From: Spirochaetia bacterium
GTDB lineage: Bacteria; Spirochaetota; Spirochaetia; SZUA-6; Bin103
Assembly: GCA_965203905.1 (NCBI GenBank)
Contig: CBDBDQ010000005.1
Span: 5,088,001-5,152,000, forward strand
Length of the DNA stretch: 64,000 nucleotides
Direction: 5' to 3'
Shown here: positions 10,648 through 19,894 of the stretch, one piece after another
How positions within the stretch are numbered: position 1 is the stretch's first letter
How the letters are laid out: each line of letters starts with the position of its first letter
The notes under the pieces: generated by a model
What the model was told of the DNA's origin: nothing
Database searches by the model: none
Seen by the model: the letters and a program-made list of their open reading frames with translations, nothing else
Program-made: the position numbers and the translations under genes

Positions 10648-10947
10648 GCAGTGGTCTTGCCAATCAGTACCGGCTGTCGGCACACTATAGCGACCTCGAT
10701 TTCCTCACCACGATCCTCAGCCCCGAGGATCTGACTGCCAGGATCAAGGCCCAACCTGCCGCTGCGGGCGCGGCGACCTGAACGAGCTGAACAAACCCGA
10801 ACATTCAGGTTCGGATGCGGTAACCAACTCTCCTGCAAGGAGATAGCCGCACCCGGACCCCCGAACCCCGTATTTGAACGTATACCCTGTTTAGACTGTG
10901 CCCGAAGGTGTCTCACCGGCAGCGGACGGCAACGGAAAGGAGCAAGC

Positions 10948-11823
10948 ATGAAGTTCCAGCGCCACCTGGACGGTTTTCGCGACTACCTGCGCGCCCATCA
11001 CTTCGCCGCCCGCACCCTCGAGACCTACGGGGCTAACACCAAGCGCTTCCTGGCATTCCTCGAGGAGCGCTACCCACGCATCGACACGGTCGAGCAGGTC
11101 ACCAAGGACACGATCCTCGACTATCAACGGCATCTGGCCGAGCATGAGCATGCCACGCAGAACCTGATCCTGCGGTCGGTGCGCAAGTTCTTCCATTATC
11201 TACTGCGCGGCGACTTCATCCTCCGGGACCCCACCAGCGTGCTGGAGTTCCCCAAGGAGGAGCAGAAGCTGATTCGGAATGTGTTGTCGGAGGACGAGGT
11301 CTCAGGCCTGCTCGAGCAGATCAAGCCGATCGGCCCCGAGGGGCTGCGCAACCGCGCCATCGTCGAGCTGCTGTACGCCTGCGGCATCCGCACCACCGAG
11401 CTGTGTCGGCTCCGGGTCGCCGACGTGGACCTCAAGGAACAGACGGTCACCATCATGAAGGGCAAGGGCGGCAAGTCGCGCGTGGTCCCCATCGGTCAGT
11501 ACGCCTGCCACTACATCGCCGAGTATCTGCGCAAGGGTCGCAAGTACTTCCTGCGCGGACGCACCGACGATCCGGGCCTGTTGTTCCTATCGGGCTGGGG
11601 CAACCCCTTCAACGCCAGCACTATCAACCGCTCGGTGATGTGGAAGATCGCCACCGAGGCGGGGCTCAAGAAAGACCTGACCTGCTATACGTTTCGCCAT
11701 TCGGTGGCGACCCATCTTCTGCGAGCCGATGCGAACGTGATGCACATCGCCAAGCTGCTCGGCCACGCCTCGCTGAATAATGTTGCGTTGCCCGTTATGT
11801 TGCGTTGGGCCGGTTCTCCTTAA
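10948..11823 (+). pseudogene. XerC/D-like tyrosine recombinase, C-terminus replaced before the catalytic Tyr
   Basis: RNRAIVELLYACGIR, KGKGGKSR, FRHSVATHLL, LLGHASL then unrelated sequence. Confidence 0.8.
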
Positions 11824-11862
11824 CGAGTGAGGAGCGTCGGCTCGATCAACGCAACATAACGG
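11776..11862. repeat. Recombinase-binding-site-like repeats (TAATGTTGCGTTG, CCGTTATGTTGCGTTG ... CAACGCAACATAACGG)
   Basis: Direct repeat plus perfect 16-bp inverted repeat starting at the integrase breakpoint. Confidence 0.65.
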
Positions 11863-11994
11863 CGTACGCTTACAGCGTTCGCAGGAACGCCATCAAGCCG
11901 GTGTCCTCCCGCCACGGGGTAGTCGCTTGCGGTTCGGTTTCGTCGCACAGAGCGATTGCCTTGGCCTTCGTCTCGAGGTCGATTTCGACGTCGC

Positions 11995-12430
11995 GCCATG
12001 ACGACGCGCCAGGATGGCGTCAGCGCAGTGACCGGTTGGCGCTCACGTTTGGTGAGCTCCGAGTGGTCCGAGTGGTTGACAGGGTGCTCGCGTCCATAGC
12101 AAGCTTGCCTCGCTTGGGGTTTCGACGGATCGATGATGACGCGCCATGACGACAGCCAGCGCAGTGACCGCTTCGCTGTGACGCGACCGGTGCATCCCCC
12201 CCCCCCCCACTTTTTCGAACCGAGAAACAACTAACCGCTCCGGCTGATCGGCCCGTACGCGACCCCGCGCACGCCGTCGCCTTCAGCACCGGGGTAGCGG
12301 CCGGCTACGACCGCAACGGTCCTGGATCCCCGCCCCCCAACTCACCGTCACAGAACCGACCGCCGACGTCGCCGGTCAACCACATTCGTTGCTCGGCCGA
12401 CCACCGCCCCGCGTGGCGTTGTGACGCAGG
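11995..12430 (+). promoter_or_regulatory. Distal part of the upstream module of SBP locus B (motifs 12021-12037 and 12157-12173, TTGACA 12076-12081, C13 12196-12208)
   Basis: Homologous to 265-745. Confidence 0.75.
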
Positions 12431-12528
12431 TCCCAACGTCCGCCGAGCGGTGGGCGTTTGCATGATGGGGCGCGCACGCGGATCCCATCTTACGTCAGCC
12501 ATCTGGCAGGGCACCCTGTGCCCCAAGA

Positions 12529-14546
12529 GTCGGAGTAGGAATGACCATCGCTGATCACCCCCTCCACAGATCCCGGCGAGCGGAACTACCGCACCGGGCT
12601 CCTGCCTCAGGTATGACGCCAAGGCGGTACAAGGGATAGGGATGGCACACGCGGGGCGGTGGCAACCAGTGGCCGATCAGACGGCTCAGCCGCTCCCAGG
12701 TAAGCCGGGGCTTCTGACTGCGCCGCCGCATCGACCGATACCAGAGCCGACCTACCCGCAGGCGGAACAGGCGCAGTGCGCGGGAGTTCGTGGGCACCCC
12801 GTAGTACCGCAGGTGCCCACCCACAACCGAGCGCAGCCAGCTTCCCACCTCCGGGACCGGATCGTGCAGGCGCCGCCGGAGCTCGGTCTTCACCTGCCCC
12901 AGCTTGGCCTGCAACCGCTCCCGCATCGTCTGCCTGAGCACCGTAAACCGTCCGTCACTCCACTTCGTCCCGCAGATGTGCGTGAACCCGAGGAAGTCGA
13001 AGGTCTCCGGCTTCCCCTGACCTCGACGCCTGCGGTTCTCGGCCGCGAACGGCCCGAACTCGATCAAGCGCGTCTTGTCAGGATCCAGCTCCAAGGCGAA
13101 CTTGCTGAACCTCTCGGTCAGCTCCGCCCGGAACCGCTCGGCATCCGAGCGGTTCCGGAATCCGCCGACGATGTCATCCGCGTAGCGCACGACGATCACC
13201 TCGCCACGCGCCTGCGTCTGCCGCCAGCGCCGGACCCACAGGTCGAACACGTAGTGCAGGTAGATGTTGGCAAGAAGCGGCGAAGCGCTGCCTCCCTGCG
13301 GCGTCCCCTGCTCGCTGCGTGTCCGCGTCCCGTCTTCCAGCACGCCGGCGTTCAGCCATTTCTGGATGAGCCGCACGACGCGCCGATCCCCGATCCGATG
13401 CTCGGCGAACTTCACCAGCCAGCCGTGGTCGATGGCGTCAAAGAACCCACGGATGTCCACGTCGAGCACCCAGTTCACCTTCCGTGTCAGCAGGCCCACA
13501 TAGAGCGCGTCCAACGCATTGTGCTGGCTGCGCCCCGGCCGGAACCCGTAACTGAACCCGAGAAAGTCGGTCTCGTAGATGGTGTTCAGCACCTCGACTG
13601 TCGCACGCTGGACGATCTTGTCTTCCAGCGCCGTCACGCCGAGCGGTCGTTGCCGCCCGTCGCTCTTGGGGATGAACACCCTCCGCACCGGCTTCGCCCG
13701 GTACGCTCCTCGCTGCAGCCGTCCACAGAGGTCCAGGAGGTTGCCCTCCAGGTCCCTGCCGTACTGCCGCCACGTCACCCGGTCCACCCCCGGCGCGGCT
13801 TCCCGCCTGAGGCTGAAGTACGCCTCCCGGAGCATCGCAGGGTTGTCGACGTGGTGCATGAGCGCGGTGAACCGCAGCGTCCTATCCCGTCGCGCTGCTT
13901 GACGTATCCGCTCCAGCGCACTGAGCGCGCCCTCCCGGCGCAGTGTCCGGGGCGCGTTTTGCTGGCGCAGATTCCCTTTGGCCAGGCCCCTTTCCTCCAC
14001 CCGCTCCGCGGCCCGGTTGCTGCCGGCCGGCGTGACCGTAGGTTCTCCCTTGGCTGTATCCGGCGTTTCCGCCTGCGTGCCCGTGTAGGGTTCACCATAG
14101 CCGCGCCACCTGCGGCAGCCCCCGTCCTTGTTCGCGGGTTTCCCAGGTACTATGGGCCTGTCCGACTTCCCAGCTCCGTTCATCGTCGGCGTACGTCCTT
14201 GGACTTCCCGACACGGCCTGCGGCGCCATCCGCCACAGGCGAAGCTGGGATCTCCCGGCTCCCGCGCAAGGTGTTTCCGTACGTGCCCGGGGTCTGTGAC
14301 CGCGCAGGGTCCCGTGGCGCCTCGCGATATCGGCGCCCCGAGTGTGGCCTTCCGCATCCTCCTACGGCGTCGGCACCCCAAAGTAATTCCTTTCGCGGCT
14401 CGATACCCGGCCCGCACGTACCCCTGTCAACGCTTCACCCCCGCTCTTGCGAGCGACGGCGCATGACTCAGGGCCGCCGTGGGTCGCTAGCCCTTCGACG
14501 TATGACTCTTCCATTCACAACACCTTGCCGGTTTTTACCGGCGCAC
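12529..14546 (-). mobile_element. Group II intron (~2018 nt), RT-encoding, no En domain (bacterial class E-like)
   Basis: 5' GTGCGCC; domain V GAGCCCGGTGCGGTAGTTCCGCTCGCCGGGATC; domain VI ending CCTACTCCGAC; EBS1 AGGAGG (14358-14363) complementary to exon CCTCCT. Confidence 0.93.
12555..14183 (-). CDS. ltrA: Group II intron reverse transcriptase/maturase
   Basis: FSYGFRPGRSQH, GTPQGG.ASPLLANIYLH, RYADD, FDFLGFTH, C-terminal HPYP; start codon inferred. Confidence 0.92.
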   Translation of the reverse strand: MNGAGKSDRPIVPGKPANKDGGCRRWRGYGEPYTGTQAETPDTAKGEPTVTPAGSNRAAERVEERGLAKGNLRQQNAPRTLRREGALSALERIRQAARRDRTLRFTALMHHVDNPAMLREAYFSLRREAAPGVDRVTWRQYGRDLEGNLLDLCGRLQRGAYRAKPVRRVFIPKSDGRQRPLGVTALEDKIVQRATVEVLNTIYETDFLGFSYGFRPGRSQHNALDALYVGLLTRKVNWVLDVDIRGFFDAIDHGWLVKFAEHRIGDRRVVRLIQKWLNAGVLEDGTRTRSEQGTPQGGSASPLLANIYLHYVFDLWVRRWRQTQARGEVIVVRYADDIVGGFRNRSDAERFRAELTERFSKFALELDPDKTRLIEFGPFAAENRRRRGQGKPETFDFLGFTHICGTKWSDGRFTVLRQTMRERLQAKLGQVKTELRRRLHDPVPEVGSWLRSVVGGHLRYYGVPTNSRALRLFRLRVGRLWYRSMRRRSQKPRLTWERLSRLIGHWLPPPRVCHPYPLYRLGVIPEAGARCGSSARRDLWRG

Positions 14547-14558
14547 AGGAGGTGCGAA

Positions 14559-14594
14559 ATGATACTCAAAGAACCGCAACCCCGCGCGGCGTGA
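14559..14594 (+). CDS. Putative leader peptide MILKEPQPRAA
   Basis: AGGAGG (14547-14552), 6 nt, ATG; same length and stop position as 990-1025. Confidence 0.55.
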   Translation: MILKEPQPRAA

Positions 14595-14753
14595 GCCCGG
14601 CTAAACCCGGTGAGTCACACGCCGCGCGCTTCACAATTCGACTCAGACTGGCCGTCCGCGTTGGCGGGCGCGCCCGCGTTGCGGGCGTCAGAGTAGCCAG
14701 GGAGCGGCAAGTCGCTCCGCAATACTCTCGAGAATCAAGATCCGGAGTTACGC

Positions 14754-16544
14754 ATGAACTTTGCAAAAATTAGAATGACCTTCGCGTTTGCGTTGGTCCT
14801 CGTAATGACCGCAACCGGCCTCTGGGCCGCTGGCGCAGAAGAGGAGCCGGCAGCCGCTGCCGACAAGAAGTATGTGACCGACCCCTCCACCGGCAAGGTG
14901 GTGGTGGCGCCAGAGTATGGCGGGACAATAACCTTCGCCCGAAAAGACGAGCCGGCGGGTCCTGACACCGTGATCAGTGGTATGTGGGCGCAAGCCTACG
15001 TCGCTGGCGTTAATGAGAAGCTCGCCTGGCCGGACTGGGCAACGCCTAGGGACGAATTTGACTTCGTGTATCACAACGTTCCAACTAACACGATAGGGAG
15101 TCTGGCGGAAAGCTGGTCGCAGCCCGACCCACTGACGTATATCGTCAAAGTCCGCCAGGGCGTTTACTGGCATGATAAGCCACCGATGAACGGTCGGGAG
15201 CTGATTGCCGACGATATCGTATATAACTATCACCGTATTACGGGTACGGGCAGCGGTTTCACCGAACGTAGCGAATGGGCCCAGGCACTCAAATCTGTGC
15301 CACTCGAATCGGTAACGGCCACCGACAAATGGACGGTTGTTTTTAAGCTGAAGTCGCTACACCTCGATGCGCTGGCTGCTATCCTCGACGGCACGATCGC
15401 TTGGATATATCCCCCCGAGGTAATCAAGGAACACGGGGACGTTACGGATTGGAGGAACCTGGTCGGCACCGGACCCATGATGCTGACTGACTTGGTCGAA
15501 GGCGTCTCTATTACCTGGGACAAGAATCCTGACTACTGGGGATACGACGAGAAATACCCGGAGAACCGCCTGCCCTATATTGACCGGCTGAGGGCCCTGT
15601 TTATGCCAGAAGACCCAACGTATCTGGCGGCACTGCGCACGGGTAGGATTGATTACATAGGTCCGATCAGCGGCAACGCAATCATGAGTCAAGACCAGTT
15701 AGAGAGCCTCAAGAGGACCAACCCCGAACTCGTGATATATCCGTATATCGATCGGTCAGATAATGCTATTGGTATGAACACGCAGAGGCCGCCCTTTGAC
15801 GACATCAGGGTGCGCAAGGCAATGCAGATGGCACTAAACCTCGAGGAAATTAACGACGGCTTGTATGGAGGTTTTGCAGATGTGACACCTCAGGGGGTGA
15901 TAAACCGGTCTTTAACATGTTGTGTCACCCAATTTGAAGAGTGGCCCGAAGAGGTCAAGAAAGGCTTTATGTATGACCCGGCAGGGGCCGAGAAGCTTCT
16001 TGATGAGGCGGGGTATCCGCGCGGGGCCGACGGCATTAGATTTAAGACCGAGTTGATGCACCTCGTGTTTAGACCTTTGAGCTATGTAGAATTACTCGCT
16101 TCATACTGGAATAAGATTGGCATTGATGTAGAGATTGATTCACCACCAGTACCTTCCTTTGCCTCTAGAAGAGGTGAGAGGGATTTCGAAATGATCAGTG
16201 CGGAAGCGGCCATGCGGTGGAACCCATTGGTATTAGAATCTCGCTATCTACCGACCACATCATATAACAGCGCCAATGTCAACGACCCGGTTTATACAGC
16301 CATGCATGAAGCCGCCGCAGCCGCTACCACCATCGAGGAGTATAACAGTATAATTAAAGAGTTGGATCAGTATGGGATAGAGAAGTTCTGGGAGATATGG
16401 GGTGGTATGGCCCCACAGTATGTCGCGATCCAGCCGTGGCTCGTCGGTTTTAACGGTGAAACGATGTTGGGAACGGGTCAATATACCACCATCTTCAGCC
16501 GCCTCTGGGTTGATAGTGAGCTGAAGGAAGCAATGGGTCATTAG
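14754..16544 (+). CDS. ABC substrate-binding protein, family 5 (locus B)
   Basis: Paralog of 1169-2986 with the same motifs. Confidence 0.93.
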   Translation: MNFAKIRMTFAFALVLVMTATGLWAAGAEEEPAAAADKKYVTDPSTGKVVVAPEYGGTITFARKDEPAGPDTVISGMWAQAYVAGVNEKLAWPDWATPRDEFDFVYHNVPTNTIGSLAESWSQPDPLTYIVKVRQGVYWHDKPPMNGRELIADDIVYNYHRITGTGSGFTERSEWAQALKSVPLESVTATDKWTVVFKLKSLHLDALAAILDGTIAWIYPPEVIKEHGDVTDWRNLVGTGPMMLTDLVEGVSITWDKNPDYWGYDEKYPENRLPYIDRLRALFMPEDPTYLAALRTGRIDYIGPISGNAIMSQDQLESLKRTNPELVIYPYIDRSDNAIGMNTQRPPFDDIRVRKAMQMALNLEEINDGLYGGFADVTPQGVINRSLTCCVTQFEEWPEEVKKGFMYDPAGAEKLLDEAGYPRGADGIRFKTELMHLVFRPLSYVELLASYWNKIGIDVEIDSPPVPSFASRRGERDFEMISAEAAMRWNPLVLESRYLPTTSYNSANVNDPVYTAMHEAAAAATTIEEYNSIIKELDQYGIEKFWEIWGGMAPQYVAIQPWLVGFNGETMLGTGQYTTIFSRLWVDSELKEAMGH

Positions 16545-16550
16545 GGGTTT

Positions 16551-17465
16551 TGAGCAGCCGACAAGACTGCATTCCAGCCGGGGAAGGACCGGCCGTACCA
16601 ATTGCCCGGTTCGGGTACGTAGTGATGCCACAGTTCGTGTTGGGTAACCGCACGATAGCTGCGTGGTGTATAAGGCCCTGCCGCTTTGTCAGGCACAGGA
16701 CTGCAAGGTGGGGGCATCCAGAGGGTCGAGCGAGCACAGGAGCCTGAACATAAAGGAATGTCTGCAGCCCCGAAATATGACCCCCGGCGAAAGCTGCTGT
16801 CCGGGACCTTTTGGTGTGCCGAGCACGTAAGCCCTATTGCGAGGCCGACGCTCTTCGTGAAGAAACGGGTACATGCAGCGAAGAGACACTACGGGGTAGG
16901 GGACCAAGCGACTGTGCAAGGAATGCAGGGACAAAGTCGGGAAGGACCATCTCCCAGCAGGGGCTGGCAGCAACCTGCAGGGACCTGTCGTATAAGGCGG
17001 AGAGCTGAAGTCGTCAGGAGGGATTTGGTCTGGCGCCTGAGCCAGTATGAGCTATGAAGGTGGAGTAATGCCCTCTGACGTGACGCTCGATGTCACGCTG
17101 CAACGGGTAACGACCGCTGCAGGCGAAGGGGCTCTCGGTGCATGTCGGATGCCTGACGGGCACACGCCGGGGCGCTGTACCCGGGTAACGTGAGAAGTCG
17201 CAGCGGGCATCGAGCCGGTGGTATAACCGGCCGGGTTAGGGGCGTATGCGTGCCAGCGCTTGAGCTTCGGCCCCGTCGGGAAGGTCCATCGGGTAAAGTG
17301 GGCATGGCCGCCAACCGGACTCGAGAAATTCGACCGTCCGGGATGAGAGGGGGGCTTCGCGGAAACGCGGACTATGGTGGAACTAGGATCCTGCCTCGCA
17401 ATCGAAAGAGCGAGGTGGTTATGAATCTCTGCCTAAGGCTTGCGCGCGCCGCGATTCTACCCGGC
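16551..17465 (+). ncRNA. ORF-less group II intron-like ribozyme (~915 nt; boundaries +/-1)
   Basis: Absent at the paralogous site 2984-3004; domain V-like AACCGGACTCGAGAAATTCGACCGTCCGGGATG (~17313-17345); long domain VI ending CTACCCGGC; EBS1-like AAGCCCT (16829-16835) pairs with exon GGGGTTT (16544-16550). Confidence 0.8.
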
Positions 17466-17569
17466 CACCCCTTGTGGTTGACCTCAGGGAAAGAGGGAGC
17501 TGGAGGGCTCAAGCTCAAGCCCCCCAGTTTTCCCATACTCCTCAAATAATGAGAGGAGGGCTTTCATAC

Positions 17570-17900
17570 TGTCATTCCGGGCGGAGACCCGGAATCCAGA
17601 AAACGCAACCATTTGAAATTTCGCTGGATTCCGCCTTTCGGCGGAATGACGGGGAGAATCAAGGGGGACACCCCCTTGAACCCCCGTTTCAAAAGGGGTT
17701 TCACCCCTCTGGACTCCCCAAAACGGTAAGAGGCGAGTTTCTTGGCAGGGGTCATTCGCACCTTAGAGAGTGCCGCGCCCTTCAGTGGAAGGGGCCGGAA
17801 AGACGTGGAAGGTGGATTCCGGCCCCGGATCTAGTCCGGGGCCGGCTTTTCGCGGGAATGACGTGGAAGGTGGATTCCGGTTTTCACCGGAATGACGGGA
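17570..17900. repeat. REP-like palindrome cluster
   Basis: GTCATTCC...GGAATCC and several GGATTCC...GGAATGAC units; homologous to 3089-3230. Confidence 0.7.
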
Positions 17901-17993
17901 GCCTGCCCCGTACCTGATACGGGGTTGGGATATATACCGCAATGACCAAAGAGGGGTGGCAATGACGGGGTACATCGCGATGAGGAGTGTGAT

Positions 17994-18947
17994 ATGAAAG
18001 CCTATATAATCAGACGGTTATTGCTGATAATCCCCACCCTGTTTATATTGAGCATCCTGGTCTTTCTCTCGGTCCGCTTCATCCCGGGCGATGTAATAGA
18101 TGCAATGTTGGCTCAGATGGAAATGTACGGGGGGATTGACCGTGAAGCTCTTGAGCGCCGGCTGGGATTGGACGTGCCTGTCTACGTGCAGTATGGACGC
18201 TGGATAGGAAATATTTTCCGGCACGGTAGCCTTGGCGAATCACTGATGGGCCGTGGGGCGGTGGAGGAGAAGATAATAGATAGACTGCCGGTAACCATCG
18301 AGCTTGGTGTCATGGCAATCGTAATCGGGCTCTTGATAGCGCTGCCAGTCGGCATCTACTCGGCGATTCGCCAGGATACGGCGGCCGACTACGTGGGGCG
18401 CTCCGCGGCCATCATCGGCCTGGCAACGCCTAACTTCTGGCTGGGAACTATGGTCATGATCTTCCCGGCAATCTGGTGGGGCTGGGCGCCACCGCTGGAG
18501 TGGGTTTCTTTCACCGAAGACCCGCTGGGGAATCTCGGGGTGTTCATCATTCCCAGCCTGATTCTGGGGACGGCCTCGGCTGCAGCCACAATGCGGATGA
18601 CGCGCACCATGATGCTGGAGGTGCTCAGGCAGGACTACATCAGGACGGCCTGGTCCAAGGGTCTCAAGGAGAGGGTAGTTATTATGAGACACGCCGTCAA
18701 GAATGCCCTCATCCCGGTAGTTACCCTGATCGGCCTGCAGGTGCCTCTGCTGGTAGGCGGCTCGGTTATCATGGAGAAGATATTTGCCCTGCCGGGGTTA
18801 GGTCGTCTCATGCTGGATGCACTCAATAACAGAGACTACCCGGTTGTCTCCGGAGTAAACTTGGTTTTCGCCACGGCGGTTGTAGGGATCAATCTAATTA
18901 TCGACCTGATTTATCCTTATTTAGACCCCAGGGTACGATACAGCTAA
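17994..18947 (+). CDS. ABC permease DppB-like
   Basis: Paralog of 3423-4421. Confidence 0.93.
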   Translation: MKAYIIRRLLLIIPTLFILSILVFLSVRFIPGDVIDAMLAQMEMYGGIDREALERRLGLDVPVYVQYGRWIGNIFRHGSLGESLMGRGAVEEKIIDRLPVTIELGVMAIVIGLLIALPVGIYSAIRQDTAADYVGRSAAIIGLATPNFWLGTMVMIFPAIWWGWAPPLEWVSFTEDPLGNLGVFIIPSLILGTASAAATMRMTRTMMLEVLRQDYIRTAWSKGLKERVVIMRHAVKNALIPVVTLIGLQVPLLVGGSVIMEKIFALPGLGRLMLDALNNRDYPVVSGVNLVFATAVVGINLIIDLIYPYLDPRVRYS

Positions 18948-18965
18948 AGGGGGGAAATCGGGGAT

Positions 18966-19894
18966 ATGAGTGACGCCACAGGGATACCATCAGCAGAAAT
19001 TGCGCCAAAGAGACGTACCGCGCTGGCTAATTTCTTGAGCAGACTGTGGAAGGAGAAGCCACTGGGTACTGCCAGCGGGATTATCATATTGATATTGATT
19101 TTTGTGGCTATCTTCGCCGATGTTCTGGCCCCTTACGGCTTTCTTGAAGTACACCTGGCAGACAGGCTTCAGGGCTCATCAGCCCGGTATCTGCTGGGTA
19201 CCGACCAGTTGGGGCGAGACTTTTTCAGCCGCCTTATCTACGGTGCTCGTCTTTCGATAGTTGTCGGTCTAGCGGCGACCAGTCTCAATGTTGTGGTGGC
19301 GGCCCTCATAGGCGGCACTTCAGGATTTTGGGCGGCAAATTTGACCTGGCAGTGCAGAGATTTGTCGATGCCTGGATGGCTTTTCCGGGACTGCTCCTGT
19401 TGTTAACCGTAATGTCCATAGTGGGGCAGGGTCTGTTACAGTTAATAGTGGTCCTGGGGGTAACAGGAGGCATCGTTGGCTCAAGAGTAGTCAGAGGCGC
19501 CGTTATCGGTGTAAAAGAGAATGTGTATTTTCAGGCGACGGAGTCGATTGGCTCTTCAAAATGGAGAACATTTATCCGACATGTCCTACCCAATATTATG
19601 CCTACCGTAATCATCATATTCAGCATCAACATCGGGGGGGTGATTATCAGCGAGGCGTCCTTAAGCTTCCTGGGATTCGGTCTGCCGCCGAGTGTACCCA
19701 GCTGGGGTGGGATGCTCAGCCGGGAGGGGCGTGAGTTCATGGAGATGGCGCCATGGCTGGCTCTCTGGCCTGGTCTTTGCCTGACTATTACCGTCTATAG
19801 TCTAAACATGCTCGGCGACGCGGTGCGGGACCTCCTCGACCCGAGGCTGAGGGGCGGTGGTAGTCTCGGTGCCGGAGCCGCCGGGTCGGTCTAA
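18966..19894 (+). pseudogene. ABC permease DppC-like, single frameshift at ~19325-19332 (possible sequencing error)
   Basis: Two overlapping ORFs join to a full paralog of 4440-5366. Confidence 0.8.

Larger units (their letters stand above)
8011..10781 (+). pseudogene. C-terminal P-loop region of a CHC2/Toprim primase-like replication protein of a Xer-associated integrative element, interrupted by an IS
   Basis: SAQALYY...LKH, PLRELIS, ETTT...ENLSR, DESEDQTRLIH; frame resumes after the IS (GLANQYRL..., 10653-10781). Confidence 0.7.

Noticed and set aside
12555-14417. RT as a DGR or retron diversifying the SBPs
   Set aside because: It sits inside complete group II intron RNA domains and has a maturase-type C-terminus. 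I saw no template repeat with adenine-specific mismatches, no avd gene and no msr/msd.
17190-17549. Small protein containing AANRTREIRPSGMRGG
   Set aside because: It is the translation of intron domains V-VI, not a credible CDS.
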